Shown: positions 1 to 11,634, numbered from the stretch's first letter. The stretch: DNA of 64,000 bases from an uncultured Chthonomonadaceae bacterium (GCA_963817895.1 CAWFQB010000004.1:192001-256000); one strand, 5' to 3'. Made by a program: numbers and translations. Notes: generated by a model from the sequence alone, not told the origin.

Positions 1-13
1 GCTGGCGTCGCGT

Positions 14-2116
14 TTGGGACGTGACCGCAACGCCCTGCTTGCCCTGATGCTGGCCGTTGTGGCGGGGGGGAGTCTGGCGGGCGCGTGGGGCATTCACGAG
101 TATCTGGAACACTGGAAACAGGGCAACGTCGCCCATCGCGTGTTCGGCACGTTCCTCAACCCGGACTTTCTCGCCGGGTATCTGCTGCTGACTCTGCCCC
201 TGACGCTGGCTTGCTTTGTGTCTGCCCACGAGCGCATGACCCGGCTGCTGATCGGATTGGGGCTTGGATTGCAAACCGCGTGTCTGCTGTTCACGGTTTC
301 GCGGGCGGGCGTGGGGATGCTGTTTGTCGTGGTAGGGGCATGGCTGCTGTTGCTCTGGCGTCTCGGCATGGCGCGAGGCAAGGGGCGAGAACTGCTTGCC
401 GGATTGGGGCTGATGCTGTTTTCCGCGCTTCTCGCTTCGTCGCCCCTGCTGATACGCCTGACCAATACGGGCAAGCAAACGGCGGGCGGGCCGGTCGTTG
501 CCGTTTCCAGCATCGGGGAAGCCGCGGATACGCAGGCCCATTCGGGCAAGTTCCGGCAGGTGACATGGACGGCGACCCTGCGCATGGCCCGCGCCAACCC
601 GCTCACGGGAACCGGAATCGGCAGTTACGAAAACGCCTACCGACGCTACGCCATCGCCGCGCCCACCGTCCACGCCCACAACAGTTACCTGCAATGGATG
701 GCGGAAACAGGCATACCCGGCGCGATCTGCCTGCTTGTCGTCCTCGCGTCTTCGACGGCCTTTGCCGTCTACGTTCTCGTCCTGAACGCCCCCCGCAAAT
801 CCCGCCCAAAAGGAACAAACGCGAACCTTCCCGCTACGCAGCCCCATACCAATGACCTTTACATAGACGATATAGAACTTGACACAAAGGGAAAAGGCAA
901 TCCCCAATCGTCAATCGAAAATCGTCAATCGCCAATTCTGCTGACTGGCCTTCTGGCGGCGATTGTGTGTTCCATCCTGCACAGTCTGTTCGATTCGGAC
1001 TGGTATATCATGGCGACCGCGCTGACGTTGAGCGCGATGGTGGGATTACTGGTGGCGCAGGCGCGGGATATTGCGCCGCTTGCCACGCAAACGCCGCGCC
1101 CGCTCTCGAAGGGGATGTTGGCGGCCTGTGGGGTTGTGGTTTTGCTGTTGTTGTGGCGCGGGGGCGTGACGTATCTGTCGCGGTTTCAGGCGGCGCAGGG
1201 GATGGTGTCCGAGGCCGAGTTTCGGGAGCAGGCGGCGCAGGGATTGCCTGCCGCGAAGGACACGCTGCAAAACGCCCTGCATAGTTACCAGTCGGCGGCG
1301 GACATAGACCCGTTTGCGACCGAACCCTACTCCAAACTTAGCGGCCTGTACCAGACAACAGGCGAACCGGAAAAGGCGCGAACGGCGCTGGAACAGGCAA
1401 CCCGGCTTGCGCCCTCCGGCATAACGTATTACCAACTGGGGCAATTTATCCGGCGGCAGGCGAGTCAGCAGGCAATCCAAAGCGCGTCCGGGCAGGCATC
1501 CGGCGACCCGATGGCATTGAGCGGGGAAATGATTGCCGCGCCCACCGCCGCCTATCCGCCCGCGCTGAACGCTTTTGCGCGCGCCCGCGAGTTTGACCCG
1601 CACAACCTGCAAACCCTCCGCGCCCTTGCCGAAACGTATGCGCAGTCGGGCAACACGGCGCAATCCGTACAAACCTATCAGGACATGATTGATCTGGAAA
1701 CGACACCCGTAGGCACAGTTCGCGCCATGCCGGAAGCGACCGAAACCGAGTTCGCTTACGCCCATACCCGCATCGGCAAACGGCTGCTGGAACAGGGGAA
1801 AGCGGGGGAAGCTGTCTCTCAATTCCAGCAGGCAGCCGCAATCCTGAGAACCTGGTGGCAGCACAGGGGCTATGAAATCTACCAGTTGCAGCGGGCGCAG
1901 CACCCGGATAAAGCGCAAAGCCTGACCGCGCTATATGACCGAACCCTGACGGAGTGGCAGAACGCGCTTCAAAAACAGGGCGCGACGGAAAACGCCCATC
2001 GCGCTCAGGTGGAAATGGAGCAGGCGACGTTCCATCAGGAGCAGAAAGCGGACGAAGAGGCCACGCAGAAAGCCGCCGCGCAAACCAATTCCGCGCCCGA
2101 ACAGAATACGCCGTGA
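14..2116 (+). CDS. O-antigen ligase (Wzy_C)-family membrane protein with C-terminal TPRs; 5'-truncated by window edge
   Basis: RVFGTFLNPD, TVSRAG, GTGIGSY and HAHNSYLQWMAETGIPG motifs; many TM segments; TPR-like helices in the C-terminal half. Confidence 0.85.
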   Translation: MGRDRNALLALMLAVVAGGSLAGAWGIHEYLEHWKQGNVAHRVFGTFLNPDFLAGYLLLTLPLTLACFVSAHERMTRLLIGLGLGLQTACLLFTVSRAGVGMLFVVVGAWLLLLWRLGMARGKGRELLAGLGLMLFSALLASSPLLIRLTNTGKQTAGGPVVAVSSIGEAADTQAHSGKFRQVTWTATLRMARANPLTGTGIGSYENAYRRYAIAAPTVHAHNSYLQWMAETGIPGAICLLVVLASSTAFAVYVLVLNAPRKSRPKGTNANLPATQPHTNDLYIDDIELDTKGKGNPQSSIENRQSPILLTGLLAAIVCSILHSLFDSDWYIMATALTLSAMVGLLVAQARDIAPLATQTPRPLSKGMLAACGVVVLLLLWRGGVTYLSRFQAAQGMVSEAEFREQAAQGLPAAKDTLQNALHSYQSAADIDPFATEPYSKLSGLYQTTGEPEKARTALEQATRLAPSGITYYQLGQFIRRQASQQAIQSASGQASGDPMALSGEMIAAPTAAYPPALNAFARAREFDPHNLQTLRALAETYAQSGNTAQSVQTYQDMIDLETTPVGTVRAMPEATETEFAYAHTRIGKRLLEQGKAGEAVSQFQQAAAILRTWWQHRGYEIYQLQRAQHPDKAQSLTALYDRTLTEWQNALQKQGATENAHRAQVEMEQATFHQEQKADEEATQKAAAQTNSAPEQNTP

Positions 2117-2859
2117 TGCAGACAACTCGCCATAAAGTGGTTGTGCCGCATCTGCCGCCGTCCTTGAACGGCCTGCGCGTAGCCCAACTGTCGGACTTCC
2201 ACCGCAGCCGCCTGACGCCCGACGCCCTGATAGCGGAATCCGTTGCCCGCGTTGTCCGCGAGTCGCCCGATCTTATCCTGCTTACAGGCGATTTCGTCAA
2301 CGACGACCCCGCCGACATTGCGCCCTGCATGAAACTGCTGTCCCCACTCATGGATTCGGGGATTGCGCCCTTCGGCGTGTACGCGGTTCACGGCAACCAC
2401 GATGTAAAAGCCGATTTAGCCAAATTACAGCAGGCGTTGGAAGACAGCGGCATCGCCTATCTGTGTAACCAAAGCCATCGCCTTCCTAACGGCCTGTGGG
2501 TTGTCGGACTGGATGAAGACTGGTACGGGACGCCGGATGTGGCGCAGGCGTTTGCTGATGTGCCGCCCGATGCGCCCGTTCTGGTTCTCGCGCACAATCC
2601 GGGCGAAGCCGACCTTGTTTCTGATCGCGCCTGCGTCGTCTTTTCCGGCCACACGCACGGCGGGCAAATCCGCCTGCCCCTCGTTACGAAACGCGCCCTG
2701 AAGTGGATCAAAGCCAAACACTACCGCGCGGGCTGGTACACAACCGGCAAAGCGCAATTGTACGTCAATCGCGGCATCGGCAACGCTGACGTGCCGTTCC
2801 GCTTCCTCTGCCCGCCCGAAGTATCGTTTTTTACCCTCAGCCCCGGCTCTTCCCCCTGA
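2116..2859 (+). CDS. Calcineurin-like metallophosphoesterase (YkuE-like)
   Basis: SDFH, TGDFV, GNHD, AHNP and GHTHGGQ motifs; ATG overlaps the upstream stop (TGATG). Confidence 0.9.
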   Translation: MQTTRHKVVVPHLPPSLNGLRVAQLSDFHRSRLTPDALIAESVARVVRESPDLILLTGDFVNDDPADIAPCMKLLSPLMDSGIAPFGVYAVHGNHDVKADLAKLQQALEDSGIAYLCNQSHRLPNGLWVVGLDEDWYGTPDVAQAFADVPPDAPVLVLAHNPGEADLVSDRACVVFSGHTHGGQIRLPLVTKRALKWIKAKHYRAGWYTTGKAQLYVNRGIGNADVPFRFLCPPEVSFFTLSPGSSP

Positions 2860-3422
2860 GTTTCGTATTCCTGGTTCGCTTTGGGAACACGACTTTGCTG
2901 CGTTCGGAGGGAAAAGGGAGTGAGTGTGGTAGCTTTACCTGTTGAACGTGGAGTTGAGCGCATCTGTAAACCTTGCGGTTTTACGCGCTCAGGTTACGCC
3001 GGGTCGGCGCATCTAAATGGAAAAGAAAGAGAATATGTAGAGACGTTGTCGAAATAGTGGCAATGCAGCGCTTCCAGCACTCGGTCTCGTTGTGTCTAGT
3101 TTTTAAGTAGAGGCGTCGTGACCTCCGAATGGTTAAGACGGTCGGATGTGAACAGGCATCTTTTTGCACCTCCCTCCCTTGTTTGTGGGGACTGTATTCG
3201 GTTTTGGCAAGCAACGTTATATTAACATTCGCCCCCGATTTTAGAAGTATCCAAAAGCTGTTTTTGCGAAAAAAGTTTGGAAATAATTAGGGGCTATCCT
3301 CTCCCTGATTCGTTCTTTGCGCGGACAGGGAGAAGGGAGTAAGCGAGTTCACTTTGTTTGTTGAATACGGGAGGAGTAGGTTCGTACAGTTTATAATCTA
3401 CGCGCGCAACTTGCGCCTTCGC

Positions 3423-3480
3423 TCCCTTCTCCCTCCGAACGCAGAGAGGGAATCAGGGAGAAGGGCCGGGGTTGAGGGTA
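3423..3480. repeat. REP-like palindromic element (CCCCTCTCC...GGAGAGGGG family)
   Basis: Similar to copies at 26683, 36192, 50482, 50628, 54505 and 58651. Confidence 0.55.
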
Positions 3481-3525
3481 CAAGCCCCCGGCGTCGCGCA
3501 AGTCTATCGAACGCGCTCCTCTCCT

Positions 3526-4468
3526 CTACATGCCCTGTTTAGCCCGTCTGCGGCGCAGCAGCCATCCCGTTCCGGTCAAACCGCCTGCCAGAAGCAAGGC
3601 GATTGTGCCGGGTTCGGGAACAGGGGAATCAGAAGCCGGACGCCGAAACGCCAATCCCGCAGGAAAACTCAGGCCCGTCGCGAAGTCGCCCATATCATGG
3701 CCGGTTACGGAAAACTCTCGCACGGTCGAGCCACCGAAATTAACAACGTACAGGTTACCGTTTGTGTCAAATGCAAGAATTCGTGGGCACATTTAAGCCT
3801 GTCGTGGCGAAGTCACCCATATCCACTCCCGTCGGCGAAAAACGGCGAATGGCGTTCTTGGCCCGATTTACGACGTACAGGTTGCCTGACGTGTCGAAAG
3901 CCAAACCTTGTGGACTGGATAGCCCGGAGGCAAACACGCCTAGGTCTTGGCCGGTTGCGGAAAACTCTCGCACGGTCGAGCCACCGTAATTGGCGACATA
4001 CAGATTGCCGTTTGCATCAACGGCCATCCCCACGGGATTGGATAACCCTGATGAAGCGAACACGCCTAAATCCGCTCCGGTTGAGGAGAAGCGATGCACC
4101 GTATTGCCAGCATAGTTGCTGACATACAGGGTGTCGTTGTGGTCAAAAACAAGTCCATCAGCATCACTCAATCCCGTCGCTGCGAAGTTGCCCAGATCAA
4201 CCCCCGTCGGCGAAAAGCGGCGAACGTTGTTGGTAAGCGCACCGGCAATATAGAGGTAGCCTTTGGAGTCAAAAGCCATGTCGTAAAAACGAAAGGTTCC
4301 GCCTGAGGAGGTGAAGAGGCCCAGGTTCGTTCCATTCGGTGAAAAATCGTAGGCGCGATTATTGTAGTATTCGCCCACAATGAGGTGCTGAGCGTTGGCA
4401 ATGGTGGACAGCAAGGAAAAAGCAGAGGCAGCGACGACGGCGGCAAACTTGCAGGTAAAACGAAACAT
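3526..4468 (-). CDS. PEP-CTERM protein with NHL/beta-propeller repeats (frameshift near 3780)
   Basis: Signal peptide; repeated P-x-G-[LM]-A-F-D-x-x-G-N-L-Y-V units; C-terminal VPEPGTIALLLAGGLTGTGWLLRRRR in ORF 3526..3792. Confidence 0.85.
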
Positions 4469-4508
4469 AAAAGTTTCTCCTTTTTGAGAAAGCATTGTCA
4501 GCAGATGC

Positions 4509-4524
4509 GGCAAGAAAGATGCCG
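4509..4524 (-). promoter_or_regulatory. Putative sigma54 -24/-12 promoter of the PEP-CTERM gene
   Basis: Minus strand CGGCAT-CTTTC-TTGCC (GG-N10-GC) about 40 nt upstream of the ATG at 4468. Confidence 0.5.
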
Positions 4525-4643
4525 AGACAACATTGTTGGCTGTTGTCCAGGAAAGGGGAGAAATCGCGCAAAGTATGACACGGTTTCTCCCCTTTCTCCT
4601 CAATCCATCAGATTTTTAGCGCATAGACGCCATCATCAGGTAA

Positions 4644-4973
4644 CTACCGCCCCGGCGTACCGCCGGGATTGCCCGTTCCCGTTCCCGGCTTGCCCGGGCC
4701 ATTGCCGCCCGTTCCCGGTCTGCCTGGGCCGCCACCCGTTCCCGGTCTGCCTGGGCCGCCACCCGTTCCCGGTCTGCCCGGGCCATTGCCGCCAGTCCCC
4801 GGCTTGCCCGGCTGGCCTCCGCCAGTCCCCGGCTTGCCGCCACCGCCGTGTGGATGTTGGCGACCCTGGGCGCTTGCCGGATGCGACAGCGCCAGAGAGC
4901 AGAGTAGCGCGACTACCATAACAGGAGCGACGCCACTCAACCTGTGTGAGAGTCGAGTTGATAGAAGGAACAT
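4644..4973 (-). CDS. Small secreted Gly/Pro-rich repeat protein
   Basis: Signal-peptide-like N-terminus ending HPASA/Q, then about 6 G[KR]PGTG units encoded by 27-30-nt tandem repeats. Confidence 0.6.
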   Translation of the reverse strand: MFLLSTRLSHRLSGVAPVMVVALLCSLALSHPASAQGRQHPHGGGGKPGTGGGQPGKPGTGGNGPGRPGTGGGPGRPGTGGGPGRPGTGGNGPGKPGTGTGNPGGTPGR

Positions 4974-5330
4974 TAGATCAATCTCCTATTTCAGCCTGCC
5001 AGGCGCAGACTGAATCTTGGAATTTACTGTCCGAAAGCCTGGACAAACAATGTGGAGTGAAGCTCAGTAGAGTGGCCGGATGCGAATTGCCGAAACCCCG
5101 CGCCGCTCTCATTTGCATAGTTGGTGTAAACTTTGCCTCGCTTACAATATATCTACAAATTTTTGAATTATTTTTCTCCGTTCTTTTATTCATCAAGAGG
5201 AAGGTATTCGTGCCGTCGAAACAAAACTTACCTGTAAATAGCGGAGTATTGAATAGCGCAGCACATTCATCCACACATAGACATGCGCTTTTACACGTTT
5301 GCCGGGAATGATATCGAAAGAGGGTTTTTT

Positions 5331-8300
5331 ATGCGGTTTACCTCACGTATTCTTGGTGTTGTTACCGTGCTGTATGTCGGTGGATACTGCCAGATGCCCA
5401 TGCCTGCATCCCCGCATCACAGACAGGCGCAACCGGCAAATGACGCGCACACGTTCGGGGTGGTGGTTGAGGCGGTTGAACCCGGCTCCACTGCGGCAAA
5501 GGCCGGGCTATGTGTCGGCGATGTTTTACAGGAGTATGGCGGGCGTTCATTACGCACTGTGTTTAAATTTATGGCGGCACAGGAAAACACGGTTGCCGCG
5601 TCCATCACGCTCAAAGGGTTGCGGTCTGGTCAGCCTTTGTTGGCGCAGTTACCAATGCAGTCGCCGGGCATACCGTCACCGGATGTAACGCCAAACATGC
5701 GCGTTCACCCACAATGGTCGAATATTGCGCAGGCTTTGTATCAAGCCGGACAGACAAGCATTTTAGGAGGGCGTATCGAAGAGGGTGTTGTTTCCTGGCG
5801 AAATGCGATAGTAGAACTAGAAAATTCTGGCGATGCCGTTGAAGCGGGCTGGCTCTGCTGGCGGACGGGCGAAGCATATAGTGTTCGGGGTGACTGGAAG
5901 CAGGCGCAGCAATGGCAGGAACACGCCTGGAAGAATGTGAAGTCGGGGAATGACGCGGCTGCGCAAACATGCGTACTACATTCACTGGGAGAAGTATGGG
6001 AACATCAGGGTGATCTTGCAAGAGCCTTCGATTGGTATGAGCAGGCGCGAAAACTGAACATCGCAAATCAGAACGTCTTCTGGCAAGCCAACGATCTGGA
6101 TAGTGAGGGCGATCTTGCATTTGCGCGTCAAAAATGGAATGAAGCGAACAAATTGTATGAGCAGGCGCTCACGGTCTGCCAGCCGCAGGCTCCCGCCGCA
6201 TGGCAGACCGCGAGTATACTTTATCGCCTGGGCAAGAACGCCGAGGCACAGGCGAACCATCTACAGGCGCAAAAGCGCTATCAGGCGAACCATTACAGGC
6301 GCAAAAGCGCTATGAAGATGCCCTCGCTATCATACAAAAACAGACACCTGACTCGTGGGATGCAGCCTCAATTTGCTTCGACATGGGGTTAATGGAATTC
6401 CATCAGGAGAACTGGACTAAAGGGATAGAATATTCGCGGCAGGCGCTGATCCTCTTTCGCCGGAAAGCCCCCAACTCCAGGGAGGTGATGCAAGCCCTTC
6501 TCAACATGGGACAAGCCGCCGAGAAACAGGATGATCTGAGCCATGCCTATGCGTATCTTGAAGAAGCCCTTCATGTAATCCGAAACCACAAAACTGACGC
6601 TGGCGCGTTCACCGATATAACAGTCGAGGCGACGTGTTGCGCGCATCTTGGGATTCTTGCCTTGCGACAGGGGCATTCAGAAGATGCGCAGAAGTACGCG
6701 CAGGCTGCAATTGCCATTTATGAAACGCAAAAGCCTGTGTTACTTGATATGGTGGCTCCTCTGGGAACCTTGGGAACTCTCGCGCTTAATGAAGGAGATT
6801 TGCCACAGTCGCAGAATTACTATAAATACGCTCTCGAAATTTGTAAACGTTATGGTTCGCCGCCTGGTCAAACATTGGATGTTTTGCGCCTGCTGGATGG
6901 GGTTACAATGCTACAGGGCGCATCGTCAAACGCGCAACTATACATTCAGAGAGCGGCTAAATTACTAAAATCTACTTCCGACCCAGCGGAAAAGGCTGCT
7001 TTGCTGGACGGTCTAAGTCTGGCAGCCGTTCAACAAGGGCGCTGGAAACTAGCGCAGCAGTACGCGCAGCAGTTACTGACAATTCAACAACGCTTCTCCC
7101 CTGCCTCTTCGAGCCTGATAGAAATCTATGCTCTGCTCGGATATATTGAGGCGCAGCAGAAAGACTCCACGAACGCCCAACTCCATTTTCAGCAGATGCT
7201 CGCCCTGACGCAGAAATTTGCTCCCGACTCACTGGAGGAAGCCAATGCGCGCGCTTTCCTGGGACATGTACTGCTGGTAAAACGCGACTATGAAGGCGCT
7301 TTGAAGCAGTTTGAAGACGCCGTTACCATTGTCGAAGCGCGGCGGCAGCGGCTTGCCAACCCCGAAAACCGCGCGTTTCTGCTGGAACAACATTCCGTCC
7401 CTTTCATCGGCATGATGCAGGCGCAAATCGCCCTGAACCAGAAAGAACAGGCGTTTGAAACGCTGGAACGCGCCCGCGCCCGCAGCCTTGTAGACCTGAT
7501 CCGCGAACGGAAACCATCGGCCTCCATGCCTCCCCTGCCGGACGCGCCCCCGGACTCGGCGGAACAGCAGAAGCTCATCCGGCAGCGTAGCGCGTTGTCG
7601 CAACAACTGCTTGTCGCGGCTGCCGATCCGCAGCAGACCAAAGCCAATGAACTGCGCGAGAAGATTCAGACGCTCGACGCGAAACAGCGCGAATTGGAAA
7701 CCGCCATTCGCCAATCCTCGCCGCATTACGCCGGTCTGAACTATCCCAAACCGTTGACCTTTGCGGAAGCGCGGCAAACGCTGGATGATGGAACCCTGCT
7801 GCTGGCCTACGCGCTCGGCGCAAAGCAAAGCTACCTGTTTGTCGTGACCAACAAAACCGAACTGCGCATTGTTCCGCTTGCGGTTGGCGAGGAGGCGCTT
7901 GGGCGGGAGGTGAAGGAGCTGAATGACGCGCTGAAATCGAAGGGGAGTTACCTAAATCCTGCCCGCCTGCTTTACCGGCAGTTGGTTGCGCCCGCGTGGA
8001 AGGAGATTGCCGCTTCCCGGCGCATCCTGCTGTGTCCCGACGGCGTTCTGAATACCCTCTCCTTTGCCGCTCTGGTCACGTCCCCGCCGGACAAACCCGG
8101 TAAGCCGGGGCAGCCGGCCACGCATCTGGTGGAAGCCAAACCGCTGCACGTCATCGCGTCCCTGAGCCTGTACCGCGAATTGCAACAAATGCAGGTTTCC
8201 CGCTCCGGCAAAATACTCGCGCTTGCCGACCCGGATTCCACAAAAAGTGGGCTGCATCTCGATCCGATCCGCAAACCCTTCAGCAGATTACCGATCTGAA

Positions 8301-8822
8301 AAAACTGTACGGCAATCGCGTGGAAGCGTATACCGGCAAACAGGCGACCACAGCCGTTGTTCGGCAGCAGGGATTGCAGGCTTCCATTCTGCATTTCGCC
8401 TGTCACGGCCTGCTGGAAAATGGCGACCCGCTCTCCTCCGCCCTCGCGCTCAGTTCGGACGGCGCGGATAAGGGGCTATTGACGGCTGCGGGTATTCTGC
8501 GCCTGCATCTGCCCGCCGATCTGGTCATGCTTTCCGCCTGTAAAACGGGTTTGGGAAAGCAAACGCAATTCGAGGGCGTAGTGGGCTTGACGCGGGCATT
8601 CCAGTATGCGCGCGGCGCAGCGTGGGCGTGAGTTTATGGCAGGTGGACGCGGACAGCGCGAACGCCCTGATGAACCATTTTTATACCGAATACAAAGCGG
8701 GCATCGGTAAGGATGTCGCGTTACAGAGGGCGCAGGTCTCGATACTGCGCGATACGAAAAATCGTGGCTGGCAGCATCCCTACTATTGGGCGGCGTTCCA
8801 GATGGTCGGCGATTGGAAATAA
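5331..8822 (+). CDS. PDZ-TPR-CHAT (caspase-like) protease, split by 3 frameshifts (near 6293, 8280, 8620)
   Basis: PDZ-like VVVEAVEPGSTAAKAGL..GDV; many TPRs; ERARARSL, LLCPDGVL, catalytic ILHFACHG and LVMLSACKTG, SLWQV and HPYYWAAF motifs. Confidence 0.85.
6249..6313 (+). repeat. 33/32-bp tandem duplication causing the first CHAT frameshift
   Basis: caggcgaaccatctacaggcgcaaaagcgctat is followed by the same unit lacking one C. Confidence 0.85.
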
Positions 8823-8839
8823 GTCAGCGCGGAGAAGGC

Positions 8840-9844
8840 ATGGAATCAGAGCAACCCGAACGGCTGTCACGTCTGCTTGACGAATACTACGCTGCTGATG
8901 CGGCTGATTTGAAGGCGTCCGGCCGTCTGGAAGAAGCAATTCTGGAGGAACTTGCGCCGCTCGTCCGTAGAAAAATAGCGTCCGAGGGGTTTCCGCGCGC
9001 CGAGGCCGAAGACATATTTCAGACAGCGTATTCCAGAACCCTTCACAGATTGAGAAGATACCGCGACAGCAAAACTCCCATTCCGAATATCTTGGGATTG
9101 GCGGCAAGAATCACAGCCTGCCTCCTTGCTGAAGAATTTCGGCGGAATTCTCCCGAGTATCGCATGGAACGCGATGTGCGCGACAGGCTGCGGCGTCCCC
9201 CGCTGAACACCCTGCTGGCGCGCTGGCAGCTGGCGGAGTGGTTGATCGGACTTGTCGAATGGCATGGCACACCCTTTCAGAAGACGCCACGCTATGCCGA
9301 ATTTTGCCGCGATGACACGCGGTTCGCGCAGGAGGGATTGGAGGGACGCCATCCCGCCAACCACAAACAGGTCAAACTACCGGAACTTTTGCTGAAATTT
9401 TTACAATGGGTGGAAACGCCACTGGAAGAAAGCAATCTGATCGCGTGTCTGGTGAGATTGCGGGGTGAATTGCCGCGCGTCATTGTTGCGTTCCCGGAAA
9501 ACGAGGAGAATGAGGAATGGCTCGCCGCGCCAAAACCGCCGGAAGCCAGATGGAACTGGGAATCCTGGTGGCAGGGACTATGCGAATTGCCTCTGATGAG
9601 CCGCGCCGCCATTCTGCTGGTCAGGGAACCGGCAGAACTTGTTTTTATAACCACGCTGGAGAATCCCTGCGCCTACGTTGCCGCCGCGCTGAACATTGAT
9701 CCCGACGAGATGGAGCGTTTGTGGGAGAAACTGCCGCTGACAGACACAGACATCGCTAACCGCTATGAAACCACAGCCAATAACATTCAACAAAGGCGTT
9801 CTTACTATCTGCCCCGGTTGTGGAGGCGGCTTATAGAGCCTTAA
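8840..9844 (+). CDS. Atypical sigma70/ECF-like sigma factor with long central insert
   Basis: Region-2-like AEAEDIFQTAYSR...AARIT; region-4-like LCELPLMSRAAILL...DIANRYETTANNIQQRRS; lies between the CHAT and anti-sigma genes. Confidence 0.65.
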   Translation: MESEQPERLSRLLDEYYAADAADLKASGRLEEAILEELAPLVRRKIASEGFPRAEAEDIFQTAYSRTLHRLRRYRDSKTPIPNILGLAARITACLLAEEFRRNSPEYRMERDVRDRLRRPPLNTLLARWQLAEWLIGLVEWHGTPFQKTPRYAEFCRDDTRFAQEGLEGRHPANHKQVKLPELLLKFLQWVETPLEESNLIACLVRLRGELPRVIVAFPENEENEEWLAAPKPPEARWNWESWWQGLCELPLMSRAAILLVREPAELVFITTLENPCAYVAAALNIDPDEMERLWEKLPLTDTDIANRYETTANNIQQRRSYYLPRLWRRLIEP

Positions 9845-9995
9845 CCTTTGAAGTTTGCTTGTGTAAGTTTGCTTGCTGTCAGGCGCTTTGATGTAAGAAT
9901 CCTGAAATCGCGCCAACTATTGTGTAGGAGAGCAACCCAATAGACTGCAAAATTGTTCTCAAAAACTGACCCTGAAATTGGATAAATCACTTTCG

Positions 9996-11634
9996 ATGAA
10001 CGAAACCAATCCACATTTGACACCCTCGGAAATTGACCGCATCCTCGCCAATGCGCGGCATCCTGACCCTTCCGCTGAAGCCGCGAACGCGCATCTGAGG
10101 GAGTGTGAGCCATGCCGCCGCGCCCTGCGCTCCCACGCGCCCGCCGTCGAAGCCCGTCTGCTGCATCTGTTTGCCCGAACGGAAAGCGATGCGCCGACAA
10201 CGAAATCAGCAAATACTACAGGGGCGGCAAGCGAATGGGAGCAAGAGGAATGGGCTGATGAGGAATGGATGCGGGCGGAGGACACGGAAAGCGGCTGGCT
10301 GCAAGAGGAGTGGGGATGTGTCGCGCAGGAGGATTTGTCCCGCTACGTTGCCGATGAACTCAGCGCGTCCGACAGAACGCGCGTCGAGACACATCTTCAG
10401 GAGTGCCATCTGTGCCGCCGGGACGCGCGGGAACTACTACAGCTTCACAAAGATGCCGAAGAACTGGTTCAATCCCTGTCCGGTTCCGCCACCTTTGCGC
10501 CGCAAGTCGCGCCACCTGTTACAGCCCCCGCTTCCCCGCAGCCTGAAATCTGACTCCGCCGCGCCTGCCGAAACGCCGAAAGTTGACGCGCCGCCTGTCA
10601 ATGACGCAAAAACGGTATGGCAGCGTTGGCGCGCGAAATGGCTGCCCGACCCTCTGTTCGCGCCGAACTCGCTTTTCCCGTTGGGAGTGGGCGCGGCGTT
10701 TGCGGCCAGCGTACTGATGTTCGGGTTTATCCTGCCCCTGCGCCAACAGCTAAACGCGCAAGTTGAAGCGCAAAAGGGGGCGGCTGCCCTGCGAATAAAG
10801 GAAGATGCCGCGCAATCCGCGCGTCTTCAGGCCGAACGGGAACAGGCCGGACAACAGCAGGCGCAAGCGCTTGCGCAAAACCGAGCGCAAGCGGCCCAAC
10901 TCCAAAAAACGCAGCGGGAATTGGCAATGGCGCGTGAGTTACAGAAGCAGAATCCTCTAGCCGGGGCGACTCCGTTGCCGAATAACGCATCGGGCGAACA
11001 AATTTTCAGCGACAAACAGGGCAGATTGGTTCGCTTGCAGAGGATAGACGCAGGCATAAGCAAAATTTATTCTCATCCTGACCTCGCCTTTGCGGAAGGC
11101 CAAAGTCGGGTTGGCAATCTTGCGTCCGGGCGAGGTGTTACGTTGGGCAGCGGGCACGATCCGACAGCCGCCATTACGTTGCTTACGCCAGTCGCCTGCG
11201 TGGTCGCCTCCACAACACCGAAATTCCAATGGCGTCCTCTTAACGGTACTGTGCGCTATCAGGTTCAGATACGGGAGGTGAACAGTTCCGTTGAACTCTC
11301 TGCAAGCAGGGAACTTGATGCTGCGGAATGGACTCGCGGTGAGCCATTGCGTCGGGGCGTCCTGTATTCGTGGCAGGTTGTCGCCATAAAGAGCAACGGC
11401 GAGAAAATCCCTTCCGACAGCAAAACGTTCCAGGTGTTGGACGCGCAAACGGCGGCGCAAATAGACAGTCTTGCGGGTTCCCCCCTCCTGCGCGGCCTGC
11501 TGTATACCAACGCGGGCGCATTTTTGGAGGCCGAACAGGAGTTCAGGCAGTATCAACAGGCCAACCCCCATTCGCCACAGGCGCGTTCGCTGTTGAAGCG
11601 AATTCAGGCGCTCCGGCAAACCTTCCAAAAGTAA
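9996..11634 (+). CDS. Transmembrane anti-sigma factor: two zf-HC2 motifs, TM helix, coiled coil, DUF928-like/TPR C-terminus (frameshift near 10545)
   Basis: HLRECEPC and HLQECHLC motifs; hydrophobic LGVGAAFAASVLMFGFIL; TPKFQW...YSWQVVA...GLLYTNAG. Confidence 0.7.

Noticed and set aside
4680..4845. 27-30-nt tandem repeats as a CRISPR array
   Set aside because: Units are contiguous with no unique spacers and encode an in-frame Gly/Pro peptide; no cas genes in the window
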